64,000 nucleotides of DNA from Acutalibacteraceae bacterium (GTDB lineage: Bacteria; Bacillota; Clostridia; Christensenellales; CAG-138), in NCBI GenBank assembly GCA_963640685.1, contig CAVIAA010000001.1, forward strand, positions 2,395 through 66,394, written 5' to 3'. Shown here piece after piece: positions 1 to 10,042 of the stretch (position 1 is the first letter of the stretch; every line of letters begins with the position of its first letter). The position numbers were made by a program, and so were the translations under genes. The notes beneath the pieces are model-generated. The model had not been told where the DNA came from. It ran no database searches and saw only the letters and a list, made by a program, of their open reading frames with translations.

Positions 1-1079
1 TGGTTATGAAGGAGCGCGGGCATCTGCTGCTGGCGCTGGCATTCATGATATATATGCTCTCCTCAAGGGTGACGCCCACCTATGCCGCCCTCGGTGCAAT
101 ACTGACGGCGCTCATGGCCTGCAGCATAAAATGGTTCTGCGTAATACCCGCGGCGGTGATGATATTATGCATGAACCTCAACGTACACTTTACGACCTAT
201 TCCATGATAGCGGTAGGCATATGGCTGGTCATGTGTCTGGTGCGCGGCTTCAGAATAAAGGAAAAGCTGACGGCTAAGGAATGGATATACACCGCGCTGG
301 GCTTTGACCCGTATGACATGATAGTTGACGCGCTGAAGAACGGCGCAAGGAGCGTGCTGTCGGTTGCTATCGCCTGCGCGATGGCGGGCATGATAGTCGG
401 CACCGTTACGCTGACCGGCCTCGGACTGAAGCTGGCCACCGGCCTTGCAAAGGTGGCCGGAAACAGCATTTATCTCTTGCTGTTCTTTACCATGCTTTCT
501 TCAATCGTGCTGGGCATGGGCGTTCCCACGACGGCGAACTACCTCATAACCTCAACGATATGCGCCCCGGCGATAATCAACATGGTCTGCCTTATGCGCG
601 GTGTGCCGGTTACCGAGCCGACAATGGCGATAGTGATGAGCGCTCATCTGTTCGTGTTCTATTTCGGCATAGTTGCCGATATAACGCCGCCTGTTGCGCT
701 TGCCGCGATGGCAGGAGCGGCGATCGCCAAGGGCGACCCGTTCAAGACCGGCGTTACCGCAACGCGGCTTGCGATAGGCGCCTTCATAGTGCCCTATATA
801 TTCGTTCTCAACCCCGCAATGCTCATGATCGACACGACGGTGTTTGCGGTAGTGCAAAATGTTGTTACGGCGCTTATAGGCATGTATGCCCTTTCCGGCG
901 GGCTTGCGGGCTTCCTGCAGGATAACTGCAAGTGGTATGAGCGGGTGCTACTCATAGGCGGCGGCCTGTGCATGATAATCCCCGGCACCGTGTCCGATAT
1001 CGTTGGCTTTGCGATACTGGCGGCGATATACGTAGTTCAGCGCAAGCGTTACAGCATCGCAAACAAGACCGCGGCGTAA
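1..1079 (+). CDS. TRAP-type transporter fused permease subunit, C-terminal part (5' end outside window)
   Basis: ORF 6..1079 stays open to the window edge in the same frame. It is a polytopic membrane protein, and the stretch SAHLFVFYFGIVADITPPVALAAMAGAAIAKGDPFKTG is typical of TAXI-TRAP fused permeases. Confidence 0.75.
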   Translation, partial: VMKERGHLLLALAFMIYMLSSRVTPTYAALGAILTALMACSIKWFCVIPAAVMILCMNLNVHFTTYSMIAVGIWLVMCLVRGFRIKEKLTAKEWIYTALGFDPYDMIVDALKNGARSVLSVAIACAMAGMIVGTVTLTGLGLKLATGLAKVAGNSIYLLLFFTMLSSIVLGMGVPTTANYLITSTICAPAIINMVCLMRGVPVTEPTMAIVMSAHLFVFYFGIVADITPPVALAAMAGAAIAKGDPFKTGVTATRLAIGAFIVPYIFVLNPAMLMIDTTVFAVVQNVVTALIGMYALSGGLAGFLQDNCKWYERVLLIGGGLCMIIPGTVSDIVGFAILAAIYVVQRKRYSIANKTAA

Positions 1080-1131
1080 AGCAAAAAAATCAGGGCGTCC
1101 CTATTGGGGCGCCCTTTTGGTATGCTGCGCT

Positions 1132-2496
1132 TTACTTTATGAAGCCGAACACGTTGAGTATTACTATCACCATGAACAGCGGGATAATGACGTATGCACT
1201 GAGCTTGTTCCAGAGGTTTATCTTACCGTCCCGCCCGTCGTGGGTGAGCTCCGCCCCGTATTTCTTCCAGCCCCAAACCTTGGATACGAACAGGCAGACA
1301 AGTATGCAGCCGAGAGGCATGAGCACATAGCCGCTGAAGCAATCCAGCCAGTCATACAGGCCGTAGAACTCGGTGCTGCCGTAGTACAGCCAGGGTATCT
1401 TGAAGCTGCTCATGGGGCCGAAGCCGAGGGATACGAATATGTTGGCTATGCCGATTATTATGGCGATGATGAGCGTTGCCTTCTTGCGCCCCATGTTGAG
1501 CTTTACTTCGGCTGTGCGTATGTTGGTTTCAAAGAAGCTGAACAGGGAGGAGATGACTGCGAATATCAGCGCAAGGAAGAAGCAAACGCCGATTATACGG
1601 CCGCCGGGCAGGTTAAGGAATATGCCGGACATTACCTCGAATACGAGGGCAGGTCCCTTTTGAACGTCTATACCCGCGCCAAAGGCGGAGGGGATTATAA
1701 CGAAGCCGGCGAGGACCGCGGCAAAGGTATCCGCAAAGCTCACGAACAGCGCATCGCTGCGGAGGTTGTTCTTTTTAGGTATATTCGCGCCGAGGGTTAT
1801 AAACAGGCTCCAGCCTATGCCGACGGAGAAGAGCACCTGAGTTACGGCGTCCGCAAATACCTTTACGCTGAACTTGCTGAAATCCGGAAGCAGGTAGTAT
1901 TTAAGACCCTCAACTGCGCCGTCGGTTATGGTGCAGGCATATACGCCGCAGATTATGAGCATAACTATCAGCGCGGGCATCATGTACTTGGACAGCTTTT
2001 CAACCTTGTCGGTTATGCCGAAGAGCAGCATTATGGATACAAATACCAGAAGTATCATCGACCAGATTATCGGCTGCACGGGATCTGTAATGAAGCTCTG
2101 GAAAAAGACAGAGGGGTCGCCGCCGAAATCGCCGACGAAGATGAACTGGCAGAGGTAGCGCAGCACCCAGCCGCCAACGACCACATAGTAGAAGTTGATC
2201 ATTATGGTGCACAGGTTGCCTATCCAGCCTATGAAGCCCCACTTGGGGTTGATACACTCAAAGGCCGTTACGGTGTCCAGCCCGCTGTGGCGGCCAATCG
2301 CGGTCTCCATCTCTACCATGGGCTTTGCAAGGGCCAGCACGACGAGAAGATACACTACGAGGAAAACGCCGCCGCCTCCGCGGTAGGCAAGGTAGGGAAA
2401 CTTCCAAATGTTTCCTAGGCCTATTGAAGCGCCTGCGGCCACCATCAGGTAACCAAAGCGGCTGCCCCATTGCTGCTGTTGATGTTTCTGTTCCAT
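1132..2496 (-). CDS. Sodium-dependent transporter, neurotransmitter:sodium symporter (SNF/NSS) family
   Basis: N-terminal signature WGSRFGYLMVAAGASIGLGNIWKFPYLAYRGGGG. I prefer the ATG at 2496 (MEQK...), which lies 9 nt after GAAGGAG. The TTG at 2514 used by the track overlaps that RBS. Confidence 0.9.
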   Translation of the reverse strand: MEQKHQQQQWGSRFGYLMVAAGASIGLGNIWKFPYLAYRGGGGVFLVVYLLVVLALAKPMVEMETAIGRHSGLDTVTAFECINPKWGFIGWIGNLCTIMINFYYVVVGGWVLRYLCQFIFVGDFGGDPSVFFQSFITDPVQPIIWSMILLVFVSIMLLFGITDKVEKLSKYMMPALIVMLIICGVYACTITDGAVEGLKYYLLPDFSKFSVKVFADAVTQVLFSVGIGWSLFITLGANIPKKNNLRSDALFVSFADTFAAVLAGFVIIPSAFGAGIDVQKGPALVFEVMSGIFLNLPGGRIIGVCFFLALIFAVISSLFSFFETNIRTAEVKLNMGRKKATLIIAIIIGIANIFVSLGFGPMSSFKIPWLYYGSTEFYGLYDWLDCFSGYVLMPLGCILVCLFVSKVWGWKKYGAELTHDGRDGKINLWNKLSAYVIIPLFMVIVILNVFGFIK

Positions 2497-2939
2497 GAGC
2501 TTACACTCCTTCAAAAAAATTATAAAGCGATAATGATTTCGCCTCTAAAGCGGCGCCTTAACAAAAATTAACACCGCTAAAAAGCATAACAAAGTTAAGA
2601 CTCGGACAATTCCGTGCCATAATACTTAAAACGCCTTTTAAAAGCTACGGTTCGCACATTTTGATTAGAAGAGATGCTGCAAAAAAACTATGCGAACGAG
2701 AACACGCTGGCGAAAACTGTTTCCAACCTTGAATTACATAGATTATAAACCCGTGAAGGAGATTATGCAAGGAATAGAATGATATTTGTTTAACTCAATA
2801 TTTGATGATAGTCATGAGAAATTCTCATGTTTATCATGCACGGTGTGTATGATGGAAATGCTTAAAACCGACCTGCACATTATAGGGAACGCATTCGGGC
2901 GGGGTTGAAAAAGGCGGCCGGCAAGGGTATCATATCGGT

Positions 2940-4145
2940 ATGAGAGGCTTTTTCAAAAAACTGAAGGATGCGGACGGCGGCGCCTTTTGTCTTGCGGCGC
3001 TGATGCTGCTCGGGTATGTGCTTATGCATTCGCTGCTGGGCGGAACACTACTTGCGCATAACCCTTGGGACAGCTATACGCTTCAGGCGATATCCTGGCT
3101 TTCGGGCAGGCTGGATATGGGGCAGAACTACGAATGGCTGGAGCTCGCGATATATAACGGTAAATACTATCTTTCCTTCCCGCCGCTGCCCTCCGTCGTG
3201 ATGCTGCCGCTGGCTCTGCTCTTCGGCGGCAACACACCGAGCAACCTTGTTTGCGCGCTGTATGGGATAATTACGGCGCTGCTTGCGTATAAGCTGCTCA
3301 GAAGGCAGGGAATGGAAAAGCGCCGCGCGGTGTTTTTCGGCATTGCCTATGTGTGGGGAAGTAATATGTGCTGGATGAGCACCTCCGGCGGGGTATGGTT
3401 CATGGCGCAGGGGCTTAATATGCTGCTGCTTACCGCCGCGGTGTATTTTGCCATTTCAGGCAGGCGGACTGCCGCGTTTGCCGTGACCGCCCTTGCGGTC
3501 GGGTGCAGGCCGTTTTCCGCCCTGATGTTTTTGCCGCTGGCCGTGTATTTTTATGCAGCGGACAGGGAGCGGGGCAAAGCCGGTACGGAGTGCATTATAG
3601 GGCAGCTGAGGCTGCTGATCATACCCTGCATTGTCGCCGCTTGCCTTATGCTCTACAATTACGCCCGCTTTGGCAGCGTGCTGGAGTTCGGCCACAACTA
3701 CCTGCCGGAGTTCACCCGAAGCGAGGAGGGGCAGTTCAGCCTGAGCTATGTTCCGCAGAACCTGTGTAACCTGCTGCTTCGCCCAATAACGCTTAATTCG
3801 AGGCTGAGCATCGAGTATCCGTTGTTTGACGGCTTTATGTTCTATATTGCTAATCCGATGTTCCTAATTTGGTTCGGGGCGGTGATATGGGATATACGCC
3901 GAAAAAGCATAGACGTTGTGCGAGGGTGCCTTATTGCCGCCGTGCTTGCGGAACTGCTGCTCCTCTGCGCCCATAAGACGCTTGGCGGCTGGCAGTTCGG
4001 CGCGAGGTATACGGTGGATATGCTGCCGATGGCGCTGATGTACCTTGCCCTCGGCAAAAGGGAGCCCGACTGGGCGGCGCCGATAATGACTGCAGGCGTT
4101 ATGCTCAACCTCTACGGGGCGGCTGCAATGAACCTGCTGCATTGA
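2940..4145 (+). CDS. Polytopic GT-C-fold membrane glycosyltransferase-like protein (PMT_2/ArnT-like)
   Basis: About 11 predicted TM segments. The first external loop, ...LELAIYNGKYYLSFPPLPS..., resembles ArnT/PMT-like families. The family assignment is tentative. Confidence 0.5.
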   Translation: MRGFFKKLKDADGGAFCLAALMLLGYVLMHSLLGGTLLAHNPWDSYTLQAISWLSGRLDMGQNYEWLELAIYNGKYYLSFPPLPSVVMLPLALLFGGNTPSNLVCALYGIITALLAYKLLRRQGMEKRRAVFFGIAYVWGSNMCWMSTSGGVWFMAQGLNMLLLTAAVYFAISGRRTAAFAVTALAVGCRPFSALMFLPLAVYFYAADRERGKAGTECIIGQLRLLIIPCIVAACLMLYNYARFGSVLEFGHNYLPEFTRSEEGQFSLSYVPQNLCNLLLRPITLNSRLSIEYPLFDGFMFYIANPMFLIWFGAVIWDIRRKSIDVVRGCLIAAVLAELLLLCAHKTLGGWQFGARYTVDMLPMALMYLALGKREPDWAAPIMTAGVMLNLYGAAAMNLLH

Positions 4146-4193
4146 TGGAGTATGCCGGTTGTGGTATAATAAACCAAAACAAAAAGGAGCAAA

Positions 4194-4700
4194 ATGCATA
4201 TGGTAATAATAGAAATGGAAGGCGGCGGCAGGATAAAGCTGGAGATGGACCGAGAGGCCGCGCCGAACACCGTAAAGAACTTCGTGAGCCTGGCGGACAA
4301 GGGGTACTATAATGGGCTGATATTCCATAGGGTCATACCCGGCTTTATGATACAGGGCGGCTGCCCCGATGGGACCGGCATGGGCGGCCCGGGTTACAGC
4401 ATAAAGGGTGAGTTCGCTGCAAACGGCTTTAAAAACCCGCTTAAGCATAAGCGCGGCGTTATATCCATGGCGCGCTCTATGCGCCCCGACAGCGCAGGCT
4501 CGCAGTTTTTCATAATGCATCAGGATGCGCCGCATCTTGACGGGCAGTACGCGGCGTTTGGCCGTGTGGTTGAGGGAATGGACATAGTAGACGAGATAGC
4601 CGCCGTTCCGACGGACTTTCGGGACAGACCCAAGGTGGATATGGTGATCAAATCCATAACGCTGGTAGACGAGCCGGTGGAAGAGCCGGAAAAGCTGTAA
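4194..4700 (+). CDS. ppiB: Peptidyl-prolyl cis-trans isomerase, cyclophilin type
   Basis: FHRVIPGFMIQGGCPDGTGMGGPGYSIKGEF and SMARSMRPDSAGSQFFI are cyclophilin signatures. An AAGGAG RBS lies upstream. Confidence 0.92.
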   Translation: MHMVIIEMEGGGRIKLEMDREAAPNTVKNFVSLADKGYYNGLIFHRVIPGFMIQGGCPDGTGMGGPGYSIKGEFAANGFKNPLKHKRGVISMARSMRPDSAGSQFFIMHQDAPHLDGQYAAFGRVVEGMDIVDEIAAVPTDFRDRPKVDMVIKSITLVDEPVEEPEKL

Positions 4701-4722
4701 AAACAAGCGGGGAGGCGGGATA

Positions 4723-5070
4723 ATGGAACCTCATGAGGAAAAAATAGCCGAGCTGCGCGGCCAAATAGACGAGATCGACCGCCAGCTCGTTGAGCTTTTT
4801 GAGCGGCGGATGGATGCTTCGCGCGAGATAGGCGCGCTGAAGCGGGAACATAACCTCGGCATACGCAACGAACGGCGCGAGCTTGAGGTCAAGGCAAATT
4901 GCAGAGCCTATTGCAAAAACGACAGGTATACTGACTACGCTCAGTCCATGATGAAGTGCATAATGGGCGCCTGCCGCGGCATACAGCGGGCAGACGACCC
5001 GGATTACGACGACCCGTGGCAGTATGCATATAAGGATTTGGACGTTGCAAAGGAATTAGGACTCAAATAA
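4723..5070 (+). CDS. Chorismate mutase (AroQ/CM_2 domain) protein
   Basis: IAELRGQIDEIDRQLVELFERRMDASREIGALKREHNLGIRNERRELEV matches the AroQ helical pattern. Confidence 0.7.
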   Translation: MEPHEEKIAELRGQIDEIDRQLVELFERRMDASREIGALKREHNLGIRNERRELEVKANCRAYCKNDRYTDYAQSMMKCIMGACRGIQRADDPDYDDPWQYAYKDLDVAKELGLK

Positions 5071-5087
5071 TTGGGCAAGCTTCTGCT

Positions 5088-6704
5088 ATGAGCAGGAGTG
5101 TGTATAGGGAAATACTGAATCGTGCGAAAGCGCTTCTGGGCAAAGAGCTCGGGGGCGCTTTTTTAAAGGACGAAGAGACGGAGGCATATCAGGAATATCT
5201 TGCGCTGAACGCGCCGCCCATAGAGCGGCTCGACGAGCAGCGCAGGGAGGACTTTTCGGGTATGCCGGTGATAGCCGTTATGATAGCCGACGGAGAGGAA
5301 AGACTGAGGCGAATTACCGAGAGCTCGATCAAGGCGCAGACCTACGGCAACGCGAGGCTTGTGAGCGACGTATCTGCCGGGGAGTTTGATTTTATAATGT
5401 ATATGTGGCCGGGGGATACCCTTTCGCCGGATGCGCTGTATGAGCTTGCAGGGGGCGCGGAGGGCTATGACCTTGTCTATTGCGACGAGGACAGGCTGAA
5501 TGCAGACGGGCAGCGGTGCGAGCCGCTCTTTAAGCCCTGCCTCGACAGGGTAACACAATACAGCTATGATATGCTGGGGCGCGGGGTAATGGCGAGCAGG
5601 GCACTTGTTTGCTCTGCCGGCGCGATGACGGGCTGCACCGGCTGCGACAGGTACGCCTATAACCTCAGACTTGCGGAAAAAAGCAGCAACGCAAGGCATA
5701 TGGGCCGCGTGCTGTATACCGCGCTGGACAGGCGGGATATAGGGACGGAGGGAAGAGAGACGCTTGAAAGACACCTCGAAGGCCAAGGCGGCCTCAGGGT
5801 ATTCCCCGGGGAATGGCGCGGCAGCTTCAAGGCCGAAAGGGCAAACGCCGGCAGCAGCGCGTCTATTATCATTTACAACAAAAACGCCTGCGAGCCGCTC
5901 ATGCGGCTGCTCGGCTCCATGGATGCGGAGCTGAGGGAATGCAGGCATACCGAGATAATAATAGCGGACGGCGGCAGCACGGACAGCCGTACACTCAAAT
6001 ACTACGACATACTTGAAAGAAACCGGGCGGCGAGGATATGCCGCGGCGAAGACAGTACGATGCCGGAGCTTTTGAACGCGGCGGCTGGCATGGCAAACCG
6101 GGAGCACTGCCTGTTTATGGAGAGCTGCATGGAGACGTGCGGCGTTAGCTGGCTCAAAGATATGGCGGCTCAGTCAGGGCGGCGAAGCTGTGGCGTGGTG
6201 GGCGCAAAGCTGGTCTGCGGCGGGCGGCTGGTGCATACCGGCTATACCATAGGCATTCGCGGCTGGCAGGACAGCCTGTATCGCGGTGAGCGGGACGACG
6301 GGGCAGACGGGCAAAAGAACCGGCTCGTAAACACCATTAGGGCTGTTTCGGCCACCGGCTGGGTCGGAATGATGACAAAAACCGACCTGTTTTATAACGT
6401 CGGCTGCTTTGACGAGAGCTTTGAGGAGACTGGCTTTGATACTGAATACTGCATAAGGCTGTTAAGGCGTGGGTACGACATAATATATGTGCCGCACGTC
6501 GTTATGAAGCACACTGGCGAGATAAAGAGCATTGCAAACGGCAGCGAGCAGGATAAAATGCGGAGCTATGATACCATAAGGGATATGCTTATAAGCGGCG
6601 ACCCGCGCTACGGCAGCGGCCTCAGCTATGCTTCGCCTGTGCCGCAAATAGCGGTGAGCCCTGAGCCTCCGGCTATGATGAACGATATGTTCAGAGCTCG
6701 ATGA
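5088..6704 (+). CDS. Glycosyltransferase family 2 protein (two GT-A-like halves)
   Basis: SIIIYNKNACEPLMRLLGSM...IIIADGGSTD is a GT2 nucleotide-binding/DxD-type region. A second degenerate GT-like N-terminal half is present (VIAVMIADGEE). Confidence 0.7.
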   Translation: MSRSVYREILNRAKALLGKELGGAFLKDEETEAYQEYLALNAPPIERLDEQRREDFSGMPVIAVMIADGEERLRRITESSIKAQTYGNARLVSDVSAGEFDFIMYMWPGDTLSPDALYELAGGAEGYDLVYCDEDRLNADGQRCEPLFKPCLDRVTQYSYDMLGRGVMASRALVCSAGAMTGCTGCDRYAYNLRLAEKSSNARHMGRVLYTALDRRDIGTEGRETLERHLEGQGGLRVFPGEWRGSFKAERANAGSSASIIIYNKNACEPLMRLLGSMDAELRECRHTEIIIADGGSTDSRTLKYYDILERNRAARICRGEDSTMPELLNAAAGMANREHCLFMESCMETCGVSWLKDMAAQSGRRSCGVVGAKLVCGGRLVHTGYTIGIRGWQDSLYRGERDDGADGQKNRLVNTIRAVSATGWVGMMTKTDLFYNVGCFDESFEETGFDTEYCIRLLRRGYDIIYVPHVVMKHTGEIKSIANGSEQDKMRSYDTIRDMLISGDPRYGSGLSYASPVPQIAVSPEPPAMMNDMFRAR

Positions 6705-7242
6705 GCAGATCCGCCCCCGCAGTCTCATCAGGGTCGTGCGTTACCATTATGAGGAGCTTGCCCTCGGTGCGGCGGCGTATGCAGCAGAGCGCTGCGGCCT
6801 TTGTGCCGGCATCCAGCCCCTTTAGCGGCTCGTCCATTATGTACACCTCCGCCTCCGCCGCGAGGGCGCGGGCAATGGCTGTGCGGCGGCTCATTCCGCC
6901 GGAAAGCTGGCGTGGGTACCTGTCAAGGTCGGCGCCCAGCCCAAGCTCGGTGAGTATAGCCGCCGCCATTTCCCTCGGCGCGGCTATTGAGGCGTTTTGC
7001 AGCGCCGTTTCCCAGGGGAGTAGCCTGTCCTCCTGAAATACCATGCTTATTCTTTCGCCGCTGCGGAGTACGCTGCCGCTGTCCGGCCTGCTGAGCCCCG
7101 CAATGAGGTACAGCAGTGTGGTCTTTCCGGAGCCGGAGCGGCCGGTAACGGCGCAAAAGCCCTTCTCGGGCAACGAAAGCGAAAGATCCACCAAAACGGC
7201 CTTTTTGCCGTAGCTCTTGCAAACGTGGTCAAGGCGTATCAT
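6691..7242 (-). CDS. ABC transporter ATP-binding protein (NitT/TauT-type importer), compact 183 aa
   Basis: Walker A GRSGSGKTT, Q-loop MVFQEDRLLPW, signature LSGGMSRR, Walker B VYIMDEP and H-loop MVTHD. The start overlaps the permease stop. Confidence 0.85.
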   Translation of the reverse strand: MIRLDHVCKSYGKKAVLVDLSLSLPEKGFCAVTGRSGSGKTTLLYLIAGLSRPDSGSVLRSGERISMVFQEDRLLPWETALQNASIAAPREMAAAILTELGLGADLDRYPRQLSGGMSRRTAIARALAAEAEVYIMDEPLKGLDAGTKAAALCCIRRRTEGKLLIMVTHDPDETAGADLLIEL

Positions 7243-7987
7243 ATACCCTCCTCATAAGGCGCAGAAACAGCCGCTCCAGCGCAACGCTGATAAGCACTAT
7301 GACCGCAGTCCATGCAAAAAGGTCGGCGGTTTCCAAATATATCTTTGCGTCGTACAGCTTTACCCCTATGCCGAGGGCGGGGGAGGCGAGTACCTCCGCC
7401 GCTATGCCGGCCTTCCACGCGAGACCCATGCCGGTTCTTGCCGCGGCCATAAAAAACGGCATTATCCCGGGGAAATATATGTGCCGCAGGGTCGCGGCGC
7501 GGCCTATTCGAAATATGCCGGCCATCTCCAGCAGCTTTATGTCCGTCTTTTTTATCCCCTCGTAAACGTTTGACCACACTACCGGCAGCACCATCAAAAA
7601 CGATATTACCGAGGGAATGCGCTCCTTTGAGAGAAAAAGAAACATGAGTATTATGAAGGAGGCGACGGGCGTCGCACGGACGATCCTGACCACCGGCGAA
7701 AGAAAAGCATCCAGCATGCCGAATCTCGCGGTGAGCGCGCCAAGTGCCGTGCCTATCGCAAGGGCGGAAAGGTAGCCGGAGAGTATCCTCAAAAGCGACG
7801 CTGCGATATCCTGCCAGAACGGCAGGCCGGAGGCAAGCGAGAGTATTCGCCCTGCTACGGAAAGGGGAGCAGGCAATATGAGCTCACTCCCCACGCACAT
7901 ATACAGTATTTGCCACAGCGCCAGCCATGCGGCGGCGACGGTGACGCTCCTTAACAGCCTCTTCATGCGGCTCCCTTCGGGCGGCAT
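7229..7987 (-). CDS. ABC transporter permease (NitT/TauT family)
   Basis: Six-TM BPD-type permease in operon order SBP-permease-ATPase. An alternative start is MKRLL at 7966. Confidence 0.85.
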   Translation of the reverse strand: MPPEGSRMKRLLRSVTVAAAWLALWQILYMCVGSELILPAPLSVAGRILSLASGLPFWQDIAASLLRILSGYLSALAIGTALGALTARFGMLDAFLSPVVRIVRATPVASFIILMFLFLSKERIPSVISFLMVLPVVWSNVYEGIKKTDIKLLEMAGIFRIGRAATLRHIYFPGIMPFFMAAARTGMGLAWKAGIAAEVLASPALGIGVKLYDAKIYLETADLFAWTAVIVLISVALERLFLRLMRRVYDTP

Positions 7988-8944
7988 TTAGCCGAGGTAA
8001 TACATGCTGTCATCCGGCAGCGCCCCGCCAACGGACTTCGGGTCGGCGTCAAAGAGCACGCCGAGCATTTCGGACATCATGTCCTTCATCTCGTCGCCTG
8101 TAATGCAGACGATGTTGCAGTTGGGTATTGCCTTTTCCGCAAGCGCTGCGCTTGCCATTATGCCGTACTTTTCAACCAGTGCGCCCGCCTCTGCGGGGGA
8201 GGAAACGGCGAAGCTCGCGGAGGCCGCATATTCTTCAAGGAAAGACTTGAGAACTTCCGGGTGCCCATCCGCAAACGCCTTGCGGACGACGAGGCAGCCC
8301 TGAACGAGGCTTGCATCGGATATCTTTTCCCACTCGGCAGTGAGGTCGAGCGCTATGCGCGCACCCTCGACCTTGCTGAGCGCGGTGGTCACAAACGGCT
8401 CTGGAACGGCGATTATGTCCGCCTCGCCGGAGGCGAGCTTTGTTACAGCCTCTGCGTGCTCCGCGGCGTATTCGACCTCGACAGCGCCGGAGAGCCCGTT
8501 TTTATCCAGTATGTAGTTGAGTATATACTCCGGGGTGCTGCCCTGGCCGGCGGCGAGTATCTTTTTGCCTGCAAGGTCGCCTATGGACTGGACGCTGTCG
8601 CCATTTTCCACGATGTACAGCACGCCGAGCGTGTTTACGGCGGCGGTGAGTATCTGTCCCTCGGTCTTGTTAAATAGCACGGCGGCGAGGTTGACGGGCA
8701 CGGCGGCGATATCCAGCTCGCCTGAAATGAGGCTGCCGGTGACCTCGTCCGGGCTGCCGGCGTATGTTACGTTATAGGCGTACTCGGCCTTGCCCTCCTC
8801 CGCGAGGGAGCTGAGCTGTGCCATGCCTATTCCGGTAGGCCCCTTCAGTGCGGCTACGTTTACCGTCAGCGGTTCCTTCGGCGCGCAGGCTGTGCACAGT
8901 GACAGCATCAGCAGCGCCATTGCGGCAGCGATTATCCTTTTCAT
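7988..8944 (-). CDS. ABC transporter substrate-binding lipoprotein (NMT1/THI5-like)
   Basis: Signal peptide with a Cys lipobox-like site (LMLSLCTAC). It sits immediately upstream of the permease and ATPase genes. Confidence 0.75.
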   Translation of the reverse strand: MKRIIAAAMALLMLSLCTACAPKEPLTVNVAALKGPTGIGMAQLSSLAEEGKAEYAYNVTYAGSPDEVTGSLISGELDIAAVPVNLAAVLFNKTEGQILTAAVNTLGVLYIVENGDSVQSIGDLAGKKILAAGQGSTPEYILNYILDKNGLSGAVEVEYAAEHAEAVTKLASGEADIIAVPEPFVTTALSKVEGARIALDLTAEWEKISDASLVQGCLVVRKAFADGHPEVLKSFLEEYAASASFAVSSPAEAGALVEKYGIMASAALAEKAIPNCNIVCITGDEMKDMMSEMLGVLFDADPKSVGGALPDDSMYYLG

Positions 8945-8970
8945 GTCGATACTTCCTCCTAAGATTGTTT

Positions 8971-9618
8971 TTATTGCTTGATTATTATGGTTCGTCCGTT
9001 TCGCTGTATCCTGCCCTCCGCCTCCATTGCGGTAAGGGTTCGGTAGAGCGAGGCGCGGCCGACGCCGAGCAGCTCCGCAAAATCCGTAAGGCTGCAGGGC
9101 AGCTCAAGCTGCTTTGTGCCGTCCTTCAGCGCGGCGTTGTCCTCAAGGTACATGGCAAGCCTGCTTCCGGCGGAATAACCCGCGAGGGAGGCGATTTTTT
9201 TATTGAGGAACAGCACTCTGCTCACCAGAAGCTCCGCAAGGCTCACGGAAAAGCTGCCGCCGCGCGATAGCCCCGCGCGTATAACGCTGCCGTCCATGCA
9301 GAGCACGCGACAGCCGCCTGAGGCAGTGAGCCGGCTTATGTCGCTGCCGGGGAAAAACGCCTCGGAAACGTTCAGCGCCTCGCCTGCGCCTGCCGTGCGC
9401 ATGAGCAGATACCTCCCGTCGGAGGTCAGCTTTTCAACGGTCACAACGCCGGAAAGCAGGACGAACATACAGCCGCTCGGCAGCTCCTCGCCATCTTTGA
9501 GCAGCCGTATTTCGCAGCCGGGCAAGGAAATAAGAGCCGCGAGCTCCTCATTGCCCACGCTGCAAAACAGCGGGCATTGGCGTAGACTCTGAATATCTGC
9601 TGCGCTTATATCAGTCAT
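8971..9618 (-). CDS. Crp/Fnr family transcriptional regulator
   Basis: cNMP-binding-like N-terminal region and a C-terminal HTH (CSLTDFAELLGVGRASLYRTLTAMEAEGRI). I chose the ATG at 9618 (MTDIS...), 7 nt after AGGAG. Confidence 0.8.
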   Translation of the reverse strand: MTDISAADIQSLRQCPLFCSVGNEELAALISLPGCEIRLLKDGEELPSGCMFVLLSGVVTVEKLTSDGRYLLMRTAGAGEALNVSEAFFPGSDISRLTASGGCRVLCMDGSVIRAGLSRGGSFSVSLAELLVSRVLFLNKKIASLAGYSAGSRLAMYLEDNAALKDGTKQLELPCSLTDFAELLGVGRASLYRTLTAMEAEGRIQRNGRTIIIKQ

Positions 9619-9701
9619 GCATTGACTCCTGCGAAAATAAATCTGTCTCACTTGAGACAAAAACACTATAACATGCCGTCTGCCTTTCGTCAACAGCAAA
9701 C

Positions 9702-9734
9702 AAAAAAAGACCTCACGGTCAATGCCGTAAGGTC
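9702..9734 (-). terminator. Intrinsic terminator after tRNA-Glu
   Basis: Minus strand: GACCTTACGG-cattga-CCGTGAGGTC, a 10-bp stem followed by TTTTTTT. Confidence 0.8.
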
Positions 9735-9739
9735 GATGT

Positions 9740-9815
9740 TGGTACCCGATAGGGGAGTCGAACCCCTGTTCCCGCCGTGAGAGGGCGGTGTCCTAGGCCA
9801 CTAGACGAATCGAGC
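9740..9815 (-). tRNA. tRNA-Glu (anticodon CUC), encoded CCA end
   Basis: The reverse complement is GCTCGATTCGTCTAGTGGCCTAGGACACCGCCCTCTCACGGCGGGAACAGGGGTTCGACTCCCCTATCGGGTACCA. It aligns position by position with E. coli tRNA-Glu. The anticodon loop is CUCUCAC, the T-loop is GGTTCGA, and the acceptor stem closes with two G-U pairs. Confidence 0.9.
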
Positions 9816-9826
9816 AAGCACAACTA

Positions 9827-9854
9827 ATTATACACAGTTTCCGCAGAATGTCAA
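9827..9854 (-). promoter_or_regulatory. Sigma-A-type promoter for tRNA-Glu
   Basis: On the minus strand: TTGACA (9854..9849), a 16-nt spacer, then TATAAT (9832..9827). This lies about 12 nt upstream of the tRNA 5' end. Confidence 0.65.
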
Positions 9855-10042
9855 TACATAAATTGAACTAAAATTTTCAAATGCCGTTTAAAGCAAAAAA
9901 ACGGCAAATTTCACTTGGATAATTCGGATTTTGAACATTTGTTCACAGCGCGGGGTATACTTTTTTGCAAGCAGGAAGTATTATATCTATTACCGACGGA
10001 GGACGGAATATTTTACCAAACCAAAAGAGAGGCATTATCCCT

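Noticed and set aside
1117-2418. 433-aa plus-strand ORF.
   Set aside because: It is antisense to a textbook SNF transporter. The product is Tyr/Glu/Ala/Gly-rich, has no membrane or domain logic and no RBS, and is a shadow ORF caused by the ATA/GC3 codon bias.
2515-2939. Possible riboswitch or sRNA in the 425-nt AT-rich gap.
   Set aside because: I found no T-box, SAM, TPP, glycine, purine or other signature I can recognise on either strand. Only a 7-bp distant inverted repeat (GTTCGCA...TGCGAAC) and mini-ORFs of 20 aa or fewer are present. This needs a covariance-model scan.
6691-6704. 14-nt overlap of the convergent 3' ends of the GT2 gene and the compact ABC ATPase, considered as a truncation or pseudogene.
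   Set aside because: All ABC motifs through the H-loop are intact. Short convergent overlaps are common, and there is no evidence of disruption.
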